DNA of 56,444 nucleotides, filler included, from Dimargaris cristalligena (lineage: Eukaryota), in NCBI GenBank assembly GCA_003614675.1. It is 4 parts of 4 records of this genome, joined end to end, with 100 filler letters (N's around TTAATTAATTAA, not from the genome) between each part and the next. Parts side by side here need not be neighbours in the genome. Positions count along the whole stretch, not along the records: positions 42,497 to 56,444 come from ML002971.1; 3 more parts are not named here. One strand, given 5' to 3'. Positions 47,454-56,444 of the stretch are shown here, in pieces. Within the stretch, counting starts at the first letter, position 1. Every line of letters begins with the position of its first letter. The notes beneath the pieces are model-generated. The model did not search any database. It was not told the DNA's origin and saw nothing but the letters and a program-made list of their open reading frames with translations. The translations under genes were made by a program, and so were the position numbers.

Positions 47454-49477
47454 ATGGCTAAGCAATCCAAGAAGAAGGGGAACACCATGTCCCTGACCGA
47501 CTTTCTGAACGATACCGCCACCGGCTCCTGGGCCGAGGACACGTCCGAACTGCCCAGTGCCCCGGCCGCTTCGCTGCCCACCCGTCCCGGTGACACTGGT
47601 CGTGGCTTCGGCTCCACCTACCAGCGCCCGACGGCTGGGTCCGGTGGTAGCTATGCCAGCAACCTGTCGTCCTATACTCGGCTCGCCCCTGCCGAACCCA
47701 GAGACTTGCCCACCAGTCCTCCCTACACCGCCTACGTGGGCAACCTCCCCTTTGATATCACTGAGGACTACCTCGGTGAATTCTTCGCCCCCTGCCAGGT
47801 AAGTCTTAGTTTTGTCTTATTGGTTCATAGACATATATATATATAGATCTATATATGCGTGTTTTTAGCATTTTACCCGAGAACCTGGGTGTGTTGGTCG
47901 AAAAAGCCCAAGAAACCGGCTGGTTTTTAGTGGGTACTAGTAATTCTGCCTCGAACTACACCTATTCCGTAGTTTCCCCAAATCCGCCCCTTGGTTCATT
48001 ATTCAGTTCAATGAATCTAGGATACCTTCAGGGTTTATTAAGATATAGTATACCCGACCCAATATTGAGGGTCAATATATGCTATTCATGGTTTCCAAGT
48101 GAATAATCATATTAGGTTTAGGGCGGATGGGGCAAGCCTATGATGCCTTTCCAACTAAGCAGCGACTAACACAGTATAGGACCTGTTTCATATTATCCAC
48201 CCACTACTCCCTCCCGTGACCCCCACCAGATTACCCATATCCGCATGGTGCGTGACCGAATGACCGACCGCCCCAAGGGCTTCTGCTACGTTGAATTTGA
48301 CAATGTCGAGTCCCTAGTCAAGGCCTTGGAACTCCACGGCGAAGTAAGTCCTTCGGGCATTATCCAGCTTACTATTCATACTTCGATTACGACATGCCTT
48401 TAACTCGACCTAAGTTATCGACTTTTATAAGATGCGAGCCCGGTCCTTGGTATGAACCAAACCACCCGTCTAATCTCTACCCCGGGTATTTTACACTATG
48501 CATACCCACTACACCTTTATTGTAGCAAATCAACGGCCGGTCTTTGCGCATTAGCATAGCTGATCCTCGTAAGTACCTCTTGACATGCCAAATTGATATC
48601 TGCACAGGTCGATACGATCTGAATCCCTCCTCCTCTTTTCAATTCCCTTTGTCCGCCTGTAATCCGCACCGCCGATTTACGCCTTTTGTGGATTAACCAA
48701 AGGTCAAAGACAACCAAGTGCCTCCTCTAACCACCCATTTCCCCATACTTTCTTTTATTGGCTACCCTCCTTGTGAAATTTACCCCACCCCCACCAGCCA
48801 AGGAAGGCTTCAATCAAAATCGCTCCGGCCACGGCTTCGACGAAGATCGCAGTGAGGGTGTCAGCAACTGGCGTCGGGAAGGCCCCCTCACCTCGCGGGT
48901 ACCTTATGAGGAGAACTCCCCCGCCGCGGGCAGCTCCAACTGGCGCGCCCACGATGCCCCGGCCCCCCAGTCGAGCTTCCGTGATCGGGCTGGTCCCGGT
49001 GGTGCTGGCCCGTACCCTCGCCATGGTGGAAATCGCTTCGGTGACCGGCCTATGGCCCCCAGTATTTCGGACGAAGCCGGCAACTGGCGTGAAAACCGGG
49101 TGACCCCTCCCTCGTTCCAATCTACCGCTCCCTCCCGCGCCCCGTCCAGTGGTAGCACCTGGGGCCCGTCCTCTAGCTCCCCCAGCCGTGGTGGCGAACC
49201 CCATGGGGCGTCGAACGCGAGTGCTGCTCCTATTACCCGTAAGAGGTTGCAGTTGGCCCCCCGGTCCGCCAACGAAACCAGCTCCTCCTCCCCTGCTGGC
49301 CCCGCCAGCACTCGCCCCAAATCCAATCCCTTCGGTAACGCTAAGCCCCGTGACGAATTGGAAATGCAGCGTCGTGTCGAAGAGCGTCGTCGTGAACGGG
49401 CCAACAGCAATGCGAGCAAGACTAGTGCGGCTGATGATGCTGCTTCCGCCACCTCGGCCAACCCGACGCAAGCTTAA
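47454..49477 (+). CDS. TIF3: Eukaryotic translation initiation factor 4B (RRM protein)
   Basis: Exons 47454-47798, 48230-48343, 48526-48568 and 48798-49477 join in frame. Motifs: MSLTDFL..SWAED, RNP2 PPYTAYVGNLPFD, RNP1 KGFCYVEF, NWR repeats, RKRLQLAPRS, KSNPFGNAKPRD. Confidence 0.9.
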
Positions 49478-51080
49478 TCCGCCAACTGCGTGCATCTCTC
49501 CTTCCCCTCTCTCTCTCTCTGTATCCTCATCCCTTTTTGTTGTTCTTTTTCCGGTTCAGTAGCGCCCCGGGGTTTGTCACTATAATGGTCGATTTTTTCA
49601 GCATCTGTCTCCTCTTCCTGTTCGTTCGTTAAGTGTTTATCCCTGGTTTGTTTAGGGCCTTTTCTGTACTGGGTGAGTATATATACATGGAATTGATATA
49701 TCATTGACTATTGTGAGACCCTCGACTATACCATTGCTGCATTATTCTTGCTTCCACCATCGCCCTTTCCATAGGGAAAACGGAGTCCCACTGACCGTGT
49801 CTGGCACTATCTGACCTTTATTGTTTGCTGACCCCTCCCCGCTATTTCCTCCCTCCAAAATGTTAGGCCCGGCATTCGATACTCTCCGCCTTTCTATCTT
49901 CCTCTCTTTCTGTGTGTGTGTCTTTAGTTTTATTTCCACTTGTTTTAGTTTAACGACCGACGCGTGGCGACTGGCTAGGGGGTTTAATTATTCACACTGT
50001 ACCTCTTCGTTACAACGGACCACCTCGTTTCTTCTTGATTTCTAAATTCTATATATATTTATGTGTCTTACCGCGGGAATTCCATAGTTCACCAGGCTCT
50101 CACCCACACCCTAACATACCGGCGTACGTGTATATATGTGTGGGTGTGTGTCCCCCATCTGCTCCAACACTTCCTCAAACGCTCCTTCTCTCATTTTCCC
50201 CTCCCAGTCATCTGTATATAGATTTAGATCTGCATTTATATTACTCCCCCCCTCCCCTTTACCAATCCATGTGGCCTCCTTGAATATGGGCCCATGGCCT
50301 AGGTAAAGTGCCCAAAAGTTGTGTCCCCCTTCCTTCGCCTCCACCCTCTCGTTTTTCTGTTTTTATATCTAGCCTTTATTCCAATCTTCTCTTTTATACT
50401 CTTACGGTTCTAATCGCCGTACACCTGGACCTTACTAGGTTTAATATCACTTTATCATTGTCACTCAGCAATATATTATATATTTTCCTATCCCCCAATG
50501 AAGCCGAAAAAAATGATCTAGTAGCGGTGCATCCCTCTCTCTATATATTGTGCATTCGCTCCGGGAATTGGCGACCTTCTACAGTGCGCTCATTAGTCAC
50601 TCCTTTCCAATTATTTTTTCTACCCACCCTATTTCGATTGATTATTTTGATTAGGAGAGCTTCGCACTAAAAATATTTTTACTGTGTAATGATTTCTCGA
50701 TAACTATACCTTTTTTATTTGGTCATATGACATCATCTGTTCCCATACCCCTGGGGACAAGCTATCATTGCTATTGTACTTAAGTTTATTGTGGACTGTG
50801 TGACTCATCAGTCTCTATAATTATTCATTAAAAAGAAATTCACATCCATTTATCCCAAACTAATAAATAACTTTTAAACACAATACAGCCATTTCCTAAT
50901 TTGGAGAGCTTTACATTTAATAACAAGGTCTGGTCACTATATACAGGTATAATTGAACCCAGCTGTTTGGGAAAAAATATGTAAGTCTTAATGTAATGTG
51001 TAGAAATAAAGAGGGGAACCTAGTTAAAGAGTTGATTTAGTGTCTTACTAAATCCCATTAACTTTAATCACAGAAGATAC

Positions 51081-51667
51081 TGCCTGCCCTTCTAATCCAC
51101 CTTAGTCCAGACACCAGGCTGTCTGCCCTTATTAGGCCTTATAGTACCACATTAACCTTCCCATGGTCACCCCTGGTACTATGGGATCACCCTATATCAT
51201 ATAACCTTCCCCTTCTGGACTCCAGCTCTTCATACTAATCACTCAGTATGCTGATCTGAGGACTCTTCCAGTTACCCTAAGAGTCTTCTGGATACTAGTA
51301 GCTATCTAGTTGGCTTATTCTCACTATATACCTCAGTTACCTGCAGTCTTCCCTTGGGACCTCCCTCTAGAGTTGTCTCTGTATATATATATAACTGGGC
51401 CCTATTGGGACCAGTTAGTTTCCTTAGCTTATTTCTTACCCCCTAGTTTACTCCAATAAACCTTATATATGTTCACCCCCTCATACTGACCCATAAGTGC
51501 ACCTATTACATGTCCCTTATATAACTAATTACCTAAGCCTTTATTAGTTAGTACTGTGCCCTGTACCTAATACTAGTAGCCTGCTTAGCTGAGTCTAAGC
51601 CCTGCCTACTGTTAGAAGCCTATCCCTGGGACTCCTGATGGACTAAGAGTGGTTAACTTAGGCAACA
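51081..51667 (+). mobile_element. Solo LTR (copy 3) with 5-bp TSD GATAC
   Basis: Begins with TG and ends with CA; GATAC at 51076-51080 and 51668-51672; colinear with copies 2 and 4. Confidence 0.9.
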
Positions 51668-53847
51668 GATACTAATTATGCAGGGAGACATCTGACTTAA
51701 TACATGTAGTAAAGATTGTCCTATTTGGTGTAATATAACTTGGTTAAATCATATAAGCCCTGTTCTAATATACTGTTTTTGCATCCCTCATCCATTCCAG
51801 TCCTCCACATTTTACCCTAAATATTAACCATTCAATATAAACCAGGACATGTTTAATAATCAATGAGATTAAAGCCAACTGGTCTTTGGGGACTAGACGC
51901 CATCATTGCCTAGTTCCACCAACGAGGCGCAAGAATTCGGCCTTGCTGAAGAATCACCTTCCTTCAGCCATTCCCGCCAATTGATTCATCTAATCTATAT
52001 ATCATATTCATTTTACCCGTCAATTATTATCCACCATTTCTTATATCATCATTTAGTAGGGTCTTTCAGCATGTTCTATGCCGGTTCGATACCTTTATCA
52101 CTGGTTTGCTCAGTTATAAAATGCCGAACCAATTTCTATAGTTATTACTTGAGTCATTAGTTGCACCCCATACCCCTCTTTACTAGTCAACTCACCCCTA
52201 TACTGATATCCGTCATTATTGCTATCTACAAAGCACCTTTCGTAGTTTTACTCTGAGCGCCTTCCTGATAACCTTTCCACCTAGGCGCAGGTACTATAGC
52301 TAATACTAGTATTTTCCCCTACGACAGTAGAGTTTGCGTTCTCCCATATAGCCACTCTCCTCCACTCATGGATACTTATCCTACCCAAGGTATTGCCCTA
52401 TCGCTTGGTACGGCCCATCCCTCTGCCTCCGCCCCTACCTCCCCCATACCTTATTAAACTTATTGGTAAATTACCGCCACGTGCAAGACCGACTGTTATT
52501 GGGAGACATCCTACCCACAAACGCCCCACCGGCAATTCAATTTAGCCGACTCTTTCTCTCCAATTTGCACAAGTTCCACAACAACCCATATCGTCCAAAG
52601 GGTGAATTGGAGCGAGCATGGCCTCGTGGCCGCCGTACTCCCCGCTCTAGTTGGCCCCAATAACTTGGTCGTAGATCCCGTTTGTTAAGTTATCAAATCG
52701 ATCTCCGGAGCAATTTCATTGGTGTATTTGCACCATAGACTATAGAACAGGGGGGGGGGTGCCGAAATGGAGCCAAGGTAAGGGGGTATGGAGCCGCCCC
52801 CGTGGCTGATCCCTCCGTTGCTTTATGGCCATTGGAATGGCCCGAACCTGATTTAGATGTATCAAAGAGTTCGGAGGTTGTGATACACCAATACAATGGT
52901 AATTGAGTGTTGGGTGTGGGAGAGGGGGGCTATACCATGTTTTACGTGTGAGACTGTAAATCAACAATGCCAGAGTAACCGTAATAAAGAGAAGGGGCCA
53001 CCTCCGCTAACCACAAAGTTTGAGACTGGGGTGGGCGCTGGAGGTACTTCATTGTAGCAATATGTTCCCTTGACGTCTTTTGGGAGTCACTTTTTAGGGG
53101 CTGGATGGCTGTTTAATATTAACGATGGACTTCTGCAATGTATTGGCAAATTGACAGGTAAACACCTGGCTTCCAGCTAATCCAACCCCCCCACCCTCAT
53201 CCACGTCCAGCTTTCCCGATATTTCGAACTGACAGTACTCCACATTGAAACCAGACCATTGTGTGCCAAGAACAAGCTAGAGACGCGAAGAATCCCCAAA
53301 TAGATACCCCATCCTAACAATTTAATTACACTTCTCCCGCTTTCCAACCCACGTTTACCATCTGGTCTCCCTCGCCTTTCCTAATCAAAAAAAGTCAAAA
53401 ATAAATTAAAAAAATGCTTCCGCGTGCCACTAGGTGTGGTTCATTTCAAGGGACCCAATGTCAATGGCATTCGGAACAATGGCTTGTATAGTGCTAGGGC
53501 TGTCCGTAAATCTACCCGATTCGCTGTTTACTGTATATATTAAAAATGGTCGCCGGTATGGTTTTTGACGCCCCTGCGATTTTTCACCATACCTTCGGCT
53601 CGGAAGTTCGAACAAAGCACCATGTGCCTATCAAATCAGGTCGTTGACCGCAAAGCAGGGTACAGGAGCCCGGCTCTTACAGTCTATACTATACCCCCTG
53701 CTGGGCAAACCCTGTCGGACCATGGTGCTTTGGAGATGACCTTACTCTTTGCGCGCTGGATGGTGGGGGATAGTGACTGGTGGAAAAAAGGGGATCATAT
53801 TGATGGGCTCTTGTTACTCTCCACCAAAATACATCCCTAAATTCCAG

Positions 53848-53855
53848 TATAAATA
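53848..53855 (+). promoter_or_regulatory. Candidate TATA box of the small secreted protein gene
   Basis: TATAAATA ~200 bp upstream of ATG 54049, followed by a C/T-rich leader. Confidence 0.45.
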
Positions 53856-54048
53856 TCGGAGTACTTCGCCTCTCTTCATATCTTGTCCACATTTTACCCA
53901 TCTTCTCACTGCCTACACGCCCTTTTCCAATCCTCCTTGCACATTTGCCCGCCAACACCACTGTTCGACCCGTTTTGGAACAAATTTTGCATTTTACACC
54001 CCCATTTTTATTTCTCCACTCACCCGATTCACCACCACCACCAATACC

Positions 54049-54408
54049 ATGCTTATTACCAACGCCTATACCTCCACTCTGTTTGCTCTGATTGCTGCCA
54101 CCCTCACCATCAGCAGCGCCTCGGTGCCTCTTCTTGACTCCGTCCCCCCCTATTCCCCCGCTTTGGCGCATCTTCACCGGCGCACACCTATAATTCGCCA
54201 GATGAGCCAAGCCTTGTCCCAAACTGGAAGTGGTCTTCTGCGAACTTCGACGTCAGGCATGGGCAAGGCGGGTTCCAATAAAACCGCCAAAACCGTTATT
54301 AACACTACCAACAATGGCAATACCCTTTACAATAAAATACCCCAAGAGTCTAACAATAAGCCACCGAAGGTAAGGCCCGTACCCAGTATCCCCGATCATT
54401 TAAAGTAG
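54049..54408 (+). CDS. Small secreted protein (119 aa) of unknown function
   Basis: ACCATG start context, signal-peptide-like MLITNAYTSTLFALIAATLTISSA, Kex2-like LHRR site and a basic Ser/Thr/Asn-rich mature part. A possible donor GTAAGG at 54370 could change the C-terminus. Confidence 0.6.
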   Translation: MLITNAYTSTLFALIAATLTISSASVPLLDSVPPYSPALAHLHRRTPIIRQMSQALSQTGSGLLRTSTSGMGKAGSNKTAKTVINTTNNGNTLYNKIPQESNNKPPKVRPVPSIPDHLK

Positions 54409-55630
54409 AACAAGACTTGCCAAGTCCTTCTCCTCCTCCTCCCTCCCCATGGAAATTTGGGGGTGCATGGGGGATAAGCACTCAACCACTATACAGTATT
54501 TTATGCCTGTTTGGCCAAACCACCTGCTGGATAACACTGAGGCCAGATTGTTAAGGAATTCCGGTTTAGGCCTTTGCCAGTATCTTGGGTTATCCCTTAA
54601 AATATTCGCATTCACTCCAAATATATATATATAAACTCATTGTTTCTAGCAGATCACATTCCTTTTATTTTACAAGCATTATAAATAAACTATATATTCT
54701 ACTATCCGGTTTTTTTGGCTAGGATTTCAGAGTAAGCAGTTGGTAAACTCATTTAACTGAGGGAAGAGAATCCAATTTATCATTTTTTATTTTCCCACTG
54801 GGGGGGGGGGTTTATTGGCAGCATGAGTCAACCATAGACTGTAGGGGGGAAGATAAAAATAGACAGAGATTTTGATAAATGTGGCTCGCCCTGGCTGGAG
54901 TCAACCATTGAAAATCACTAACACCAAAGTGATCTCAACTACACCCTGTGGCTTCTATTAGCATTGAATATTGCCCAAATAAGCATGCCTGTTCTGCTTC
55001 AGGATAATTGTAATAGTTGGTGATATTGGAATGGCCAGCCACTCAAATGCAACCCAGAGGCTGTTGAGTAGATACTAAACCAAGCTGTGCCAAATTTTTC
55101 ATTCAGGTGTCCTATGGAAGGAGGGGGGGGTAGCATGGTTTATAGGGATACTGGAGTAGAGGGAACTGAAGTAATCGAAAGGGGTTGGATGTAGATGGGG
55201 TATGTGCATAAATATTCAATAATTGGAAGGGTTATTTGAGAAGGATATTCATATGGGAGGGGCTGGATGACCCAAAGGGCTACCCAAGTAGGAGGGCCAC
55301 TAATCAAACATTAGCTACTCAATGGGACATTGGAGAATCAAACCACTGGTGCCAACCCTGGTTGTGGGTATCTTCAGGGCATAGTCATACAGTCAATTAC
55401 CATGCCCCCCCCAAGGGTTTTTCTTATAAATCTGGGACACCAGCATCATCAGTGAGATTGCCCCCCTCTCCATTTGACCCTCCCAGTTGTTTATTTTGAA
55501 TCAGTACAACCCTCCAAGATTGTGGTAATATTAGACCAGCTAGAACCTAACATGTATATTAAATTGGGCAGCCTATCTCTAGGACTTTTAATTATACCCC
55601 AAGTCCCATTTTCCTTCATAAATCAGGTAA

Positions 55631-56213
55631 TATCAGGTCACCTAATCTACCCTAATCCAGACACATTGGTGTCCATCCCTATTAGGCTTTATAGTACCAC
55701 ATTAACCTCCCCATGGTCACCCCCAGTACTATAGGATCATCCTGTATTATATAACCATTCCCCTTCCAGACTCTGACTTTGCATTAATCACTCAAGTGCT
55801 GATCCAAAGACTCTTCCAGTTACTATCTGAGTCTTCCAGGTCCTAACAGCCATCTGGTTAGCCTATTTTACCATACCTTAGTCTTAGTAGGATCCTTCCC
55901 CCAGGGCCTCCCTCTGGAGTTGTCCCCATATATGTATAACTGGGCCCCAGTGGGACTGATTAGATTCTTCAACTTATTCTTACCCCCTGGTTAAACCCTA
56001 ATAAACCCTATATATGCCCACTACCCTTGTATCAACAAGTAAGTGTGCTTACTACATATCCCTTACCTGCACCTACATGTGTAGCCTTTATTAGTTAGTA
56101 CCATATCTATACCTAACACTAGTAACCCACTTGGCTGAGTCTAAGCCCTATCTATCATTAAAAACCTATCCTTAGGACTCTTGATAGGCTAAGAGTGGTT
56201 AACCTGGGTGACA
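55631..56213 (+). mobile_element. LTR (copy 4), probably solo; TSD degraded
   Basis: Colinear with copies 2 and 3; ends in GGGTGACA; flanks GGTAA / GGGGA match only partly. Confidence 0.85.
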
Positions 56214-56254
56214 GGGGAATCTCCTATTTTTTATTAAAATACTTATCAGCTATT

Positions 56255-56444
56255 TGTCGCCCCTCCTAATCCGTCCTAATCCAACCGATATGACCACTGT
56301 CATATCAGGCCGTATAGCACCATATTGTACCCCCTTCCCCTAACCAGGCCGAACATCATTGATAGCCCCTTAACCGGCCAGGCCTCCCGGAGTTCGCACT
56401 AATCACTCGTAGGTGATCTTAGTGCCTTCCAATTCCCGTGAATA
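56255..56444 (+). mobile_element. LTR, 5' portion of a diverged, CpG-intact subfamily (copy 5), cut by the window end
   Basis: Starts TGTCGCCCCTCCTAATCC; its first 8 nt are the reverse complement of the GGGCGACA end of copy 1. Shares AATCACTC..GATC..CTTCCA blocks with copies 2-4. Confidence 0.75.

Noticed and set aside
47799-48797. snoRNAs in eIF4B introns
   Set aside because: Some hairpins are present, but no properly placed C/D or H/ACA boxes or recognisable rRNA guide.
55550-55619. Minus-strand MKENGTWGIIKSPRDR resembling the start of a copia reverse transcriptase
   Set aside because: Similarity does not continue (no following W-V-F/K-A-R-L-V motifs) and the match is too short.
1-56444. 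A multi-gene functional cluster or prokaryote-type system (operon, CRISPR) spanning the window
   Set aside because: The genes are intron-containing eukaryotic genes on apparently unlinked contigs, and no repeat-spacer array is present.

Overview
Eukaryotic, almost certainly fungal, genomic DNA with GT-AG introns. The gene content suggests an early-diverging lineage, but that is inference. The window is four roughly 14-kb contigs joined by artificial N44-TTAATTAATTAA-N44 spacers. The lengths (14092, 14058, 14046, at least 13948) fit size-sorted concatenation, so adjacency across gaps is probably meaningless. Contig 1: an SreA/Urbs1/Fep1-type iron-responsive GATA factor, with a ~2-kb upstream stretch holding only one sense-strand ATG (a 36-aa uORF), a GATAA-rich upstream region and a frameshift at a C10 run. 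Contig 2: an AP180/CALM (ANTH) adaptor whose probable C-terminus lies inverted, an intronless DH-PH-FYVE RhoGEF with a second, split FYVE-like finger, and a 3'-truncated SEC6. Contig 3: a frameshifted three-LIM gene fragment and two tandem ABHD1/3-Eht1/Eeb1-like hydrolases. Contig 4: eIF4B, a small secreted protein and five copies of a ~585-bp LTR (two with perfect 5-bp target-site duplications). The older LTR copies and their flanks have lost almost every CpG by transitions, pointing to repeat-directed cytosine methylation or mutation. Best leads: the CpG erosion, the leader/uORF of the iron regulator and the split FYVE finger. All counts are by eye; no database searches were run.
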